Source: Promethearchaeota archaeon | GTDB taxonomy: Archaea; Asgardarchaeota; Lokiarchaeia; Sigyniarchaeales; SOKP01 | Reading direction: 5' to 3' | Assembly (NCBI GenBank): GCA_018238625.1 | Contig: JABCSY010000014.1 | Coordinates: 1 to 53,812 of the forward strand | DNA length: 53,812 nucleotides | In this document: positions 1 through 10,243 of the stretch, piece by piece | Layout: each line of letters begins with the position of its first letter | Numbering within the stretch: position 1 is the stretch's first letter | Translations under genes and position numbers: made by a program | Notes under the pieces: model-generated | Told to the model about the DNA's origin: nothing | Seen by the model: only the letters and a program-made list of their open reading frames with translations | Database searches by the model: none

Positions 1-66
1 CTCACCTACATTCCTAGGATTTTTGAAGTGCTCTAATACTTTGTCTGAATATGTAGTAGATTTCAT
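1..66 (-). CDS. iscU: Fe-S cluster scaffold IscU/NifU, N-terminal part (runs off window edge)
   Basis: Manual translation MKSTTYSDKVLEHFKNPRNVGE matches the IscU N-terminal signature YSxKVxEHFxNPRNVG; lies directly downstream of iscS. Not in the ORF track. Confidence 0.93.
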   Translation of the reverse strand, partial: MKSTTYSDKVLEHFKNPRNVGE

Positions 67-70
67 TTTA

Positions 71-1261
71 TTATTTTACCTCATCATATTTTTTTAATAA
101 TTCTGGAGGCGTTAAAGGAGACAACATTCTCAACCGTTTTACCTCGTTTGGTAAAACTTCTATAAGTTTATCAACATCGGGCTCGCGAGTAGTTCTACCT
201 AAAGAAACCAGTAGACTACCATGTGCTTCTTCGTGCAAAAGACCCATTGCAATTAACGTGTGAGATGCCTCTAAGGTTTTTGAACTACAAGCTGAGCCTG
301 TAGCAGCAGCAATATTGTGTTCTTTTAACGTTAATATTAGCGATTCTCCCTCAATATAGTCAAACCGGAAGTGTGCGTTGTGAGGAAGCCTTTTTTCGGG
401 ATGACCGTTTAAATAGGATTTTGGAATTGTATTTAAAACATTTTTAATAAGCTTATCTCTTAAAATCTTTAATTTTTCTGATTCTTTGGGCATTTCCTCC
501 TTCAAAATCTCTGCGGCTTTAGCAAACCCAACGATGCCGGGTATATTTTCAGAACCCGACCTCATACCTCTTTCTTGACCGCCACCAATTATTATAGGGT
601 TAACTCGTACTCCCTTTTTTAAGTATAACGCACCCACTCCTCTTGGTCCGTAAATATCGTTTGACGATAATGTGATTAAATCTATCGGAACTTTTTGAAC
701 ATCAATTGGAACTACGCTTTCACTAGCAACAGAGTCAGTATGAAATAATATCCCCTTTTCTCTTGCAATCCTACTGATTTCAGCAGTTGGTTGTAAAGAG
801 CCAACTTCGTTACTAGCTGTTGATATCGAGATTAAAATTGTCTCATCTGTTATTAGCTTTTCAAGCTTATCTAATTTAATGATACCAAATCGGTCAACAG
901 AAACTCTGCTTACTCTAAAACCCTGTCTTTCTAAATATTTCCCAAGGTTTAAGATAGATATGTGTTCGATTTCAGAAATAATTATATGGTTCCCTTTTTT
1001 CTTCTGTCTCATAGCAGCTCCTATTAAAGCCAAATTATTTGATTCGGTCGCTCCAGAAGTAAATAGGATGTCAGATGGATTAGGGGCATTCACAAATTCT
1101 GCAATTTTTTCTCGCGATGTCTCTAAAATATCCGTAGCAATATCTCCATCGCAATGAAGAGAAGCCGGATTTGCAAATTTTTCATTAAAGTACAGGAGCA
1201 TTTCAGACACAACTCTTGCGTCCACGGGTCTTGCAGCCTGATTGTCTAGATATACGCTCAT
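71..1261 (-). CDS. iscS: Cysteine desulfurase (IscS/NifS, class I)
   Basis: YLDNQA, FTSGATESNN, EH, GGGQERGMRSGSEN, GSACSS catalytic Cys loop; flanked by iscU and tusA. The PLP-lysine motif reads SSNDIYGPRG rather than SxHKxYGPKG. Confidence 0.92.
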   Translation of the reverse strand: MSVYLDNQAARPVDARVVSEMLLYFNEKFANPASLHCDGDIATDILETSREKIAEFVNAPNPSDILFTSGATESNNLALIGAAMRQKKKGNHIIISEIEHISILNLGKYLERQGFRVSRVSVDRFGIIKLDKLEKLITDETILISISTASNEVGSLQPTAEISRIAREKGILFHTDSVASESVVPIDVQKVPIDLITLSSNDIYGPRGVGALYLKKGVRVNPIIIGGGQERGMRSGSENIPGIVGFAKAAEILKEEMPKESEKLKILRDKLIKNVLNTIPKSYLNGHPEKRLPHNAHFRFDYIEGESLILTLKEHNIAAATGSACSSKTLEASHTLIAMGLLHEEAHGSLLVSLGRTTREPDVDKLIEVLPNEVKRLRMLSPLTPPELLKKYDEVK

Positions 1262-1296
1262 AACTTAATCCCTCCTTGATTTCAAGCTAATTATTA

Positions 1297-1551
1297 TTAT
1301 TCCCTTTTTCTGAAGAAAAATATTAGATCATCTCCATCTTTAAAAAACTCAACCAACTCTGTACCAGTTCTTTTTGCCCACCTTTTCAAATCTTCTTCTG
1401 CTGCCGGATCATCAGCTAAAACTTTAAAACAATGACCATTATCTAAAGATTCTGAAAAAGTTCTTACTTCAAAAATGGGTTCTGGACAAAATAATCCTCT
1501 CGTATCTAATTCTGCATCGTATTCTATTTCCTTGTCCTTTCCACCAGTCAT
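1297..1551 (-). CDS. tusA: TusA/SirA-family sulfur carrier protein
   Basis: LDTRGLFCPEP (CPxP persulfide motif), VLADDPAAEEDL. Confidence 0.9.
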   Translation of the reverse strand: MTGGKDKEIEYDAELDTRGLFCPEPIFEVRTFSESLDNGHCFKVLADDPAAEEDLKRWAKRTGTELVEFFKDGDDLIFFFRKRE

Positions 1552-1800
1552 TAAAAAAGCCTCCTTTTTCCTATAAACATTTTTTAATTGTTTCTGATAT
1601 ATAGAATTATTTTATTTGATTGGTTCTAAGAGATATACTTTCCTTAGTAAAATAAATATTCTCATTATATTTTAATTAAGTTTCTCAGCAATAAAAAGAA
1701 TAAAATAGAACCTCTTTTAAACCGACTTTATAAATTATAAATATCAAAAAATGAATTCTACAAAATTAAAAGTATAAAAATAAAAAATTGAATGAATGTA

Positions 1801-2436
1801 TTATTTTCCTGCTAACTCTTTAATATGTCTGACTCCATCGACAGCGTCATCTGCGAAATCATCTGCGCCCAAACGCTTAGCAAGCTCCATGTTCAAAGGA
1901 GCTCCACCAACGATTAATTTTACACTATCCCTAAGACCCGCTGCGATTAACGCTTCGTGAACGTTTTTAATCTGCTCTACTGTCATTGTTAAGAGCGAGC
2001 TTAAAGCTATAATAGTTGCCCCTGTTTCCTTTACTTTATTAACAATCGTATCTGCATCTACATCCATACCCAAATCATGTAATTCAAAACCGCTGCTTAA
2101 TAACAGAGATCCTAAAATATTTTTACCAATATCATGATTGTCGCCCTTAACCGTTCCAAGTATTATCTTAGTCTTGTCTACTGACTTGTCAGAAGCTGCT
2201 AAAGCAGGTTGGAGCACTTTAAACGCTTCTTTCATGGTTTCCCCCGCTAATACCAGCTCAGTTAAATAATATTCTTTCTCTTCGTATCGCTTTCCTACTT
2301 CGTCCATTCCTTTTGTTAAGGCTCCTAAGACGTCAAACGGGTCCTTTCCATCCTCTTCTAAGGCTTCCTTCACTGCGGCTTCAATATCGTCTACTTCTAG
2401 CTCTATTATCAATTCTGTTAACTTTTCAAATTCCAA
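1801..2436 (-). CDS. Methyltransferase-cognate corrinoid (B12-binding) protein, MtaC/MtbC-like
   Basis: N-terminal cap (GMDEVGKRYE..YYLTELV), DNHDIGKN (DxHxxG), SSLLT, VGGAP. Confidence 0.92.
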   Translation of the reverse strand: MEFEKLTELIIELEVDDIEAAVKEALEEDGKDPFDVLGALTKGMDEVGKRYEEKEYYLTELVLAGETMKEAFKVLQPALAASDKSVDKTKIILGTVKGDNHDIGKNILGSLLLSSGFELHDLGMDVDADTIVNKVKETGATIIALSSLLTMTVEQIKNVHEALIAAGLRDSVKLIVGGAPLNMELAKRLGADDFADDAVDGVRHIKELAGK

Positions 2437-2852
2437 ATTTCTTTCCCCTTTTTTTAAATTCTGAAGAACTAGCTTAAAGTTTAAAACTGCTGTAATTTTA
2501 ATAATGAAATCTCTTAACTCAAATAAATATTTTTAAATTTATAACACAAATCTTAAAATCATTTTCAAAAAAGGAAAAGACGAGAGAAAGCCAGAAATTG
2601 ACCTCAAGATTGAGGTAAGATTTTAGGATAAAATTTAGTTCCGTTATGTTACCATTTTAGGAAATTTAGGGGATAGTTTAATTTGCGACTTCCTCTCTAA
2701 TAAACATTGTAACACAACACTTTATAAACTTTTGTTTGATCGCTTCGACACAATTAAATATTGGTTTGAAATTAAAGTCGAGAGAACAATATTTTAAATA
2801 ATTAAGGATTATAAAAAAGAGAGATACAAAAGAATGTGTTGCTGAAATAAAA

Positions 2853-3599
2853 ATGGAAAAAGATTTTCTCGAAGAGCCTACTGAATTAGAGGATGTCGAT
2901 AGTTTAAACGAAATTAGAGAGGAAAACATTGTAATCTTAATTAAAAATTTATTCAAAAATTATGAAATTGGAGATTTTATTGTAAAAGCTGTATGTAATA
3001 TAAATCTGAAAATAAAAGAGAGAGATTTCATCGTTATTAAAGGTCCATCAGGAGCAGGTAAAACTACTTTACTAAATTTAATTGGAGGGTTAGACTCTCC
3101 TAGCGAAGGCACGATTTTTTCAAATGGAGTCAAAATTACTGATTTGCAAGAAGAATCACTCTCCTTATTTAGATTAATTAACACCGGATTCGTTTTTCAG
3201 AACTATAATCTTATCAGCACTTTAACTGCTGAAGAAAATGTGATGTTTCCAATGAGTTTAGCTGGAATGAGCTTAAAAGAGCAAAGGGAGAGGGCAGTTA
3301 GTCTATTAAAAAAAATAGGGATAGGGGATAGAAGAGAGCACTTGCCATTTCAACTTTCGGCTGGTGAACAACAGAGAGTAGCGATAGCAAGAGCGTTAGC
3401 AAACGATCCCCCCATAATTTTGGCAGATGAGCCTACCGCCAACCTCGATAAAAATACAAGCATGTTTATACGAGATCTCTTTAACGACATGAAAAAGGAT
3501 GGTAAAACTATTATAATAGCCACACACGACGATTTTTTAATAAAACTTGCCAATCGCGTCATAAATTTTGAAGATGGTAAGATAATAAATGAAGAGTAG
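2853..3599 (+). CDS. ABC transporter ATP-binding protein (LolD/MacB-like)
   Basis: Walker A GPSGAGKT, GFVFQNYNL, LSAGEQQRVAIARAL, ADEPTANLD. Confidence 0.93.
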   Translation: MEKDFLEEPTELEDVDSLNEIREENIVILIKNLFKNYEIGDFIVKAVCNINLKIKERDFIVIKGPSGAGKTTLLNLIGGLDSPSEGTIFSNGVKITDLQEESLSLFRLINTGFVFQNYNLISTLTAEENVMFPMSLAGMSLKEQRERAVSLLKKIGIGDRREHLPFQLSAGEQQRVAIARALANDPPIILADEPTANLDKNTSMFIRDLFNDMKKDGKTIIIATHDDFLIKLANRVINFEDGKIINEE

Positions 3600-3654
3600 T
3601 TAGTAGTTAGGATTTAGGATTATCAAATAAATATTATTTAACATTGGTGAGTTA

Positions 3655-5571
3655 ATAATAAGCTTAGATTTTGCTTTAAAAGACTTCTATAGAAAAAGGG
3701 AGGTCACTTTTTCTTACGTAGTAATAATAGCTTTAGTTATTGCGCTCACAATTTTCTTAACGTATTTTATGTCTTCAATGGGACTAAATAGATTTTTTTC
3801 TTATAAGTACGAAAATGAATTTTATTTTTCGGGAGGAATTAGCATAGTCTTTACAGATTTTACTATTTTAATACTGAGCTTAATAGTTATATTGGCTTTT
3901 ACTATAGTTATAATCGTGACAAGCACTCTAATTATTAATAAAAAACGCGATATTGCTATTATGAAAGCCTTGGGAACGCTACCAAGGAGATTATATAGTT
4001 TTTATATCACTGAAGTATATGTAGTGTTTATCGTTGGTTTTTTGATAGGGGTGATAATCGGTTTTGTTTCATACGGTATCTTCGCGTTTATTATGTCGCT
4101 TTTAGGAATTGTAACCGCTTTTCAAATTGATTTAATTTATACTCCAATATTGTTTTTTTCGTGTTTAGGGGGGATTTATTTCGTTCCTGGCGTAATTTTA
4201 AGGAAACTAGGAAATCAAAATACCATAAAATTATTTTCAAAAGATATACCCTATAATTACGACGCTTCAAGAGGATTTACAATAGTTCCAAAATGGTTGT
4301 CATCAATAGGGTTTAACTTCAAAATTTCCGTTATTAACACAATCAGGAGAAAAGGGGAATTTAAGAGGTATTTAATAGTTTTTTCTATAATTTCTTTAGT
4401 AATTTTTACTCTAGGATTAGGGAATATCGTTTTGAGGAATTCCTCTCAAGCTTGGATCCGAAAGTCTCAAGGTGAAGATATAATTGCTATTGGTCATAGA
4501 GACGTTATTCAAAACTATTCTTTGATGTACAGCATGTTTTCTAATCCGGATATTATTATAACTGAGAGCAGTATTGATTTTTTAAATCCAAACTACATGT
4601 TTAACCTTTCTGATATCGAAGAACTAAATAATATTACTGAAGTTGAGAGTATAGATCAGCGTTTGTTAAACTTCTTTAATTTAACTGAATTAGATGGATA
4701 TCATTATCTAGAAGACGGAGGTTATTTAATAGCAGGTCAACAACGGTCTGGAATTTTCCCGATTGTAGGAGTTAATATTAGCGAAATGATACAAGATTTT
4801 GAAATTGAGGGAGAATATTTTGCTCAAGAAGATTCAGTAAACATGATAATTGGAGACGGATTGGGTTATAATTTTTTTGATTATCCATTATCGCAAAGTT
4901 TGAGAGTTGAGGAATTAGGATTAGGGCACATGTTTCACATTTCCGGGGTTGTCTTGGATAGTTTTTATAGCGGTTTTGCCGGATACGTAGATTTAGAGGT
5001 TATGCAAGAAGATTTGAATTTTAGTGAGCAAAATATTAATCTTCTTTTGTTAAAAATGAGACCAGGAGAATATGATAGCGTTATAGACAATATTGAATTA
5101 ATTATTAGTGAAAATCTTGGAGATGATTTCACATATATTTGCCTAAATCAAACTTTCGACGAAAATTTACAATTTTTAAATAATTTAACTCTATATCCTG
5201 CTTTTTTGATTATTGTCATGGCCGTAATTTCGATTCTCTCTTTATATAATTATCAAAAAGGAAGTATCATAGATAAAGCTAAAGACTTTCTGATAATGAA
5301 GGCTGTTGGCTCGAAATATAAAAATATTAAGAAAATCCTTTTCTTGGAAGCCCTCTATGTAATTATACCATCACTATTCTTGAGTTTGGGTATAGGAATG
5401 ATATTAAATTCGCTCGTTTTATTTGGAAGGGTTTCTTTACCCCATATCTCAACGCCTTTCATTATTATTAGCCTACTTTTTGTCGCTTTCCTAATTTTTA
5501 ATTATTTAAGTCTTTTTCCAATATTGCGGAAAATAAAAAAATTTACCATTAAAGACTTCGATATATATTAA
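3655..5571 (+). CDS. MacB/FtsX-like ABC permease
   Basis: Two FtsX-like repeats (KKRDIAIMKALG, KDFLIMKAVG). The frame stays open upstream of the track start (3769) and encodes SLDFALKDFYRK plus the first TM helix. GGTGA SD at 3646-3650 suggests an ATA start at 3655 or 3658. Confidence 0.85.
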   Translation: MISLDFALKDFYRKREVTFSYVVIIALVIALTIFLTYFMSSMGLNRFFSYKYENEFYFSGGISIVFTDFTILILSLIVILAFTIVIIVTSTLIINKKRDIAIMKALGTLPRRLYSFYITEVYVVFIVGFLIGVIIGFVSYGIFAFIMSLLGIVTAFQIDLIYTPILFFSCLGGIYFVPGVILRKLGNQNTIKLFSKDIPYNYDASRGFTIVPKWLSSIGFNFKISVINTIRRKGEFKRYLIVFSIISLVIFTLGLGNIVLRNSSQAWIRKSQGEDIIAIGHRDVIQNYSLMYSMFSNPDIIITESSIDFLNPNYMFNLSDIEELNNITEVESIDQRLLNFFNLTELDGYHYLEDGGYLIAGQQRSGIFPIVGVNISEMIQDFEIEGEYFAQEDSVNMIIGDGLGYNFFDYPLSQSLRVEELGLGHMFHISGVVLDSFYSGFAGYVDLEVMQEDLNFSEQNINLLLLKMRPGEYDSVIDNIELIISENLGDDFTYICLNQTFDENLQFLNNLTLYPAFLIIVMAVISILSLYNYQKGSIIDKAKDFLIMKAVGSKYKNIKKILFLEALYVIIPSLFLSLGIGMILNSLVLFGRVSLPHISTPFIIISLLFVAFLIFNYLSLFPILRKIKKFTIKDFDIY

Positions 5572-5662
5572 TCATTTTTTTGAATGAAAAAGATTAAAAA
5601 AGTGCAATATATAATTTTTTTATATAATATATTATTTTTTAAATAAATAGTAAGGTGCGAAG

Positions 5663-6862
5663 ATGACAGAAGAAGATAACTTGCGCAAGAAGATAAACGA
5701 GTTACAATCAGAATTAAACAAAAAGGATAATGAAATTAATCTTTACTTAGATAAAATTGATGGCTTTGAAGAAGAAGTTATGAGATACGAGGAAATGTTC
5801 GATGAAAATGCTCCGAAAAAAAAGATGAAAAAAGCGAAAGAAGAAAAATTAAATATTGAATTAGATGTTAAGGATCGAGAAATACGAGAGCTGAAAAATC
5901 GAATGGGTTTTCTAAGAAAAGAAAAAGTGCAACTACAAAAAAAATACGATAACTTTGTGAGAACAACTAATACTTCTGTTATTAGCGTAGAAGAACTAAG
6001 AGAAAAGGACAAACTACCACTTAATAATTTGCTCCATGAATTACAAGATAAATTAAATAAGCAAGAATCTTTAATTAGACGGTTGAAGACTAAAGATCTT
6101 GGAAGCGACGAGTATAACAAAAAAATAAAAGAAAAGGACGAAAAAATAGAATTATTAACTGATAAAATTATGGATTTAACTGAAAAAATCGATAATGGCT
6201 CTTCTCAAATAGAAAATAACCAAGTTAGTAAAAATGTTTCGGAAAATCTACTAGAAGACCTGCAAAAAAAACTTAATAAAGCAAAAAGACAAAATGAAGA
6301 ATTAAAAAAGGTTATAACTAAATACGAGAAAAAAGATAAAGGTAAGAAAAGTAAAGTAGAACCAGAACCAATTGCTTTAAAAGAAGTTGTGGAAGAATTA
6401 AAAAGTAAATTAAGTAAAGCAAAAGCACGAATAGCAACTCTTCTAGGGCAAAATCAGGAAGCTCCTCCTGTTAACATCTCTCAAGGAGATATTGAAGGCA
6501 AATTGAAAATCCAAAGAGAAATGGCAAGCTTTTTGCAAAAACAATTAGCTGAATCAAAAAACGCGTTAAAAACGAAAGAGGAAGAAATTACTACGATTAA
6601 GAACGAAGCTATAAGAATAAAACGAAAATACGAAGATTTAGACAATCAACTCAAACGAAAAGATCAAAAATCAAATGAAATTGAAACAGAGTTAGATAGT
6701 TTAAAAATTCAAATTCTATCTCAAACTTCGCCAGATAAAGCACAGACAATAAACCCCGTTAGTAAATTAAGGACTCGAGAACTCGAAAGTTTGGTTGACG
6801 ATTTGAGCAAGCAAAACATTGAACAACGGCTTGAAATCTCGCAGTTAAGAAAAACTAAATAA
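5663..6862 (+). CDS. Long coiled-coil protein, unknown function
   Basis: K/E/L-rich heptads along nearly the whole length; AGGTG SD before the ATG. Confidence 0.8.
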   Translation: MTEEDNLRKKINELQSELNKKDNEINLYLDKIDGFEEEVMRYEEMFDENAPKKKMKKAKEEKLNIELDVKDREIRELKNRMGFLRKEKVQLQKKYDNFVRTTNTSVISVEELREKDKLPLNNLLHELQDKLNKQESLIRRLKTKDLGSDEYNKKIKEKDEKIELLTDKIMDLTEKIDNGSSQIENNQVSKNVSENLLEDLQKKLNKAKRQNEELKKVITKYEKKDKGKKSKVEPEPIALKEVVEELKSKLSKAKARIATLLGQNQEAPPVNISQGDIEGKLKIQREMASFLQKQLAESKNALKTKEEEITTIKNEAIRIKRKYEDLDNQLKRKDQKSNEIETELDSLKIQILSQTSPDKAQTINPVSKLRTRELESLVDDLSKQNIEQRLEISQLRKTK

Positions 6863-6882
6863 TTAATATTAAATGATCTTCG

Positions 6883-7863
6883 ATGGAATTAATAATCCTA
6901 GGTTCTTCCGCGGCGATTCCTGTTCGTGAAAGGAACCTTCCTTCAACAGCTCTTAAATACAAAAACGAACTCCTTCTATTTGATTGTGGAGAAGACCTTC
7001 AGAGAAGGCTAATTGAAGCGGGTTTAAAGTTTAATAAGCCTTTAAAAATATTAATTTCGCATTTTCATGGAGACCATATCATAGGTCTTCCAGGCCTTTT
7101 ATTTAGGTTTGGTTTAATTGAAAGAACGGCTCCTGTTGTTATATTTGGACCTCGGAACCTGTTTCTTTATTTGCTTGTCCATAGAAAAATTCTCGGGCTA
7201 AAAGCTAATTATCCGATTAAAATCGTTGAAATTGATCACGATAACAAAAAACTAATAGAATTCCATGGATTAGAGTCTGAAATCCCAAATAGAGAATTAA
7301 ATTTAGACGAAAATATAATTTTTGATGGTAAGAGATATTCTCTCAAATACGCTTTAGTGGAACATTCTGTTTTAACTTATGCATATTCATTTATAGAAAA
7401 ACCTCGCAATGGAAAATTTAACCCCGATCGAGCAATAGAACTTGGAATTCCTAAAAGTAATCTTTGGAAAACTCTTCAAGAAGGAGAGATTATTGAATAT
7501 GAAGGAAAAACAATTGATCCTTTAAAAGAAGGGATAGTGGGACCAAAGAGACCCGGTAGAAAAGTGACATACTCGGGTGACACAATCCCTTGCGAAAATT
7601 TGATTGAATTAGGAAGGGATTCTGATCTTTTAATTCATGAAGCAACTTTTGCGAAAGAGTTGTCTGATGTCGCGTTTGAAAAGAAACATTCTACTTCTGT
7701 TGACGCAGCTAACGACGCTACAAAAATGAACGCTAAGCAATTAATTTTAACCCATATTTCGTCTAGGTATCAAGAGGACGCTAACCAATTGCTGCAAGAA
7801 GCAAAATTGATATTCCCTAATACCATTTTAGCAAAGGACTTAATGAGAATTTCTTTACAGTAG
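6883..7863 (+). CDS. rnz: Ribonuclease Z (tRNA 3' processing)
   Basis: DCGE, HFHGDH metallo-beta-lactamase motif, GP-containing flexible arm, SGDT, HEAT, THISSRY. Confidence 0.95.
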   Translation: MELIILGSSAAIPVRERNLPSTALKYKNELLLFDCGEDLQRRLIEAGLKFNKPLKILISHFHGDHIIGLPGLLFRFGLIERTAPVVIFGPRNLFLYLLVHRKILGLKANYPIKIVEIDHDNKKLIEFHGLESEIPNRELNLDENIIFDGKRYSLKYALVEHSVLTYAYSFIEKPRNGKFNPDRAIELGIPKSNLWKTLQEGEIIEYEGKTIDPLKEGIVGPKRPGRKVTYSGDTIPCENLIELGRDSDLLIHEATFAKELSDVAFEKKHSTSVDAANDATKMNAKQLILTHISSRYQEDANQLLQEAKLIFPNTILAKDLMRISLQ

Positions 7864-7904
7864 AAATAGATAAATAAAATAAGTGCCAAAAAGAAATTTA
7901 TTTT

Positions 7905-8114
7905 CTAAAACCCTCCCGCTATGTGAGGAAGAATAAGGATGTCTGAATTCTCATCCAAAACCGTATCCTCGCTAGCTTTCTTGCCATCAACGAGGATCCC
8001 AAAGTATTTACCTTCAAGGTTTAATTCTTTAAGGAGGTCTTTAACTAACATCTTCCTCTTCGGAGAATAAGTCTCAATAATGCCTGTTTCTAAAAGATCA
8101 GCAATCTGTTTCAA
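7905..8114 (-). CDS. MoaD/ThiS/SAMP-like ubiquitin-fold protein
   Basis: 69 aa, ILVDG..., C-terminus ILILPHIAGGF; TTG start. Confidence 0.8.
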   Translation of the reverse strand: MKQIADLLETGIIETYSPKRKMLVKDLLKELNLEGKYFGILVDGKKASEDTVLDENSDILILPHIAGGF

Positions 8115-8401
8115 TTTAGAACCACATCTGATTTTAATTTATTGATTTTACTATGATAAATAAAACCTTTCAACTATTTATAATTAATTCAAGAAATCAA
8201 AAAATGTTAAGATTTAATACTATAGGCTTTTAACTTAACGGCTATAACAAAATTCTGCGTTTGTGTCCGATATAATAGATTTTAAAACTATAAAACCAAA
8301 AATTTTTCTATTTTTCATAAAAACCATTATTTTTTATGTGTCAAATAATTTTATTGCATAAATCTAAGTATTATTTATATTATTTATAGAGTTGATTTTA
8401 G

Positions 8402-10054
8402 ATTCTTCAAGAGGATACTTTTAGTGATTACGGCGATTACCTCGAAAAAATAAGAGAGTCGTTAATGGAACTTGGAAATCTTAAGGACGAGAAGAAAAAA
8501 AACCATATAATACAAAATGCAATTGAAGATTCTATTATAATTGCGAAAGAAACCGCTGAATCTGGAGAGTTTTTTGAAGCTGGCGAGCTCCTTTTTTCTG
8601 TAGCGGAATTATTAGAAAGCATAGCTTTTTTTCAATCAACCAAGTTGAATAAATTAATTATTAAATTCTGGGAAAAACAGATAAGTTCATTTAAGCTTCA
8701 AGGAAAATTGCATGAAGTCGCTGAAACTTTCTTAAGAATTGCTGAACTCTACGAAAAACTTAACGATTCTAAATTGTATAAAAAAAATCTCTTAAATAGC
8801 ATCAATTTTTTAAAGCAAGAAAGTAAAATATTAAAGGATTTCGATGATATTAGAAAACTCGCTCAAAATTACGAAAACATCGCTGAATTGTATTTAAAAA
8901 CTCAGGATTTTAAAAATTCAAAAAAATTTTACTTAAATGTAATAAATATTGCAAAAGATTATCAATATTTTGATTTGCTCTCGTATTCTTATAAGCAAGT
9001 TGCTTCCTGTTATCAGGAATTAGACGAGATTAATAAATCAAATGATATAATACACGACGGAATCGAGTTTTTTTCACGTCTTTTTCAGTCTTTTGAAGAA
9101 AAAAATGATAATTTAGCAATTTCTCAAATTTCACAAGTATTAAAATCGCTCTATCAACTCATAAACGAAGAAGAGCAATTCGTTAGTTATTCAAAAAAAG
9201 AAGCTGGAGCTTATATTAATTTAGCAGAAAGATTAGAGAAAAACGAGGGAAATTATCGAAAAATTGCAACGTATTATCGTGGTGCGGCGTTAAGTTATAA
9301 AGAAATCAATAACAATTTAATTGAATCGGCTTCTTGTTTTGTTTTAGCAGGAAACTATTCTGAAAAGGTTAAGGATTATAACGAAGCTGCTACAAATTTC
9401 TTTAATGCTGCGGTGACTTTTAAAGAATTAAACAATTTAGAGATGACTTACAAGCACTATGTAAAAGCAGGAGATAATTACTGGAAAATTGAGAATGTAA
9501 ACGATTCAACGGAGTGTTATTTAAACGCCTATGACATAGCAGTTGAAGGAGACTTAGAATACAATAGGTTTGGTATTTTCAATCAGATTATTAGAGGCTT
9601 AAACATAATAGCTAAAGAGGGATTGAAAAATAAACAATTCTATACTGCAGCTACTCTGATTATGGAAAGCATTAAATTCTATCAACAACTAGATACCGCT
9701 AAAGATTTTCTTCTTAACGAAATGGTCAAAAACGTCTATAGGTACTACTACAGAGCTGCAAATTTAAAAAAAATCGGCCATTCTCACATAGTCCAATCTT
9801 ATGTCTTGGCCGCCATTTCTTCGATTCTTAATGGTAAGACTAACAAAGCGTTAGAGATCATTTCTGAAATCGAATTTGAGGGAAATACGGTAAGTAAATA
9901 CAAAGAATTAGTTAAATTGATTATAGAGTGGGCATCGGAGGGAAAAGAAGTGGAATTAAAAAATTTCCCATACGATTTACAAAGGATCGTGCAAAATTCG
10001 GAGGATATAAAGTACCTTCTGAAATTGTTTAAAGGATACAATTTCCCGTCCTAA
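8402..10054 (+). CDS. Alpha-SNAP/TPR-like helical repeat protein
   Basis: Repeats such as AQNYENIAELY, ASCFVLAGNY, AATNFFNAA, HYVKAGDNY. The track start is 8465 but the frame is open to ATT at 8402. Confidence 0.75.
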   Translation: MLQEDTFSDYGDYLEKIRESLMELGNLKDEKKKNHIIQNAIEDSIIIAKETAESGEFFEAGELLFSVAELLESIAFFQSTKLNKLIIKFWEKQISSFKLQGKLHEVAETFLRIAELYEKLNDSKLYKKNLLNSINFLKQESKILKDFDDIRKLAQNYENIAELYLKTQDFKNSKKFYLNVINIAKDYQYFDLLSYSYKQVASCYQELDEINKSNDIIHDGIEFFSRLFQSFEEKNDNLAISQISQVLKSLYQLINEEEQFVSYSKKEAGAYINLAERLEKNEGNYRKIATYYRGAALSYKEINNNLIESASCFVLAGNYSEKVKDYNEAATNFFNAAVTFKELNNLEMTYKHYVKAGDNYWKIENVNDSTECYLNAYDIAVEGDLEYNRFGIFNQIIRGLNIIAKEGLKNKQFYTAATLIMESIKFYQQLDTAKDFLLNEMVKNVYRYYYRAANLKKIGHSHIVQSYVLAAISSILNGKTNKALEIISEIEFEGNTVSKYKELVKLIIEWASEGKEVELKNFPYDLQRIVQNSEDIKYLLKLFKGYNFPS

Positions 10055-10243
10055 ATTGACGAATTTTTATTCATTTCTATAAAAATAGAAACAATATAAA
10101 TAAATAGGGCATAGTCCATTTTAATTATAAGATCATTTTAACATCATACAATTATTCTAGGTATAAGTTTGATTTTGATTTACAAGGCATTATTCTACGG
10201 AATTTTTTATATTTGCAAACAAAATTTTTGAAAGGTTTAAAAC

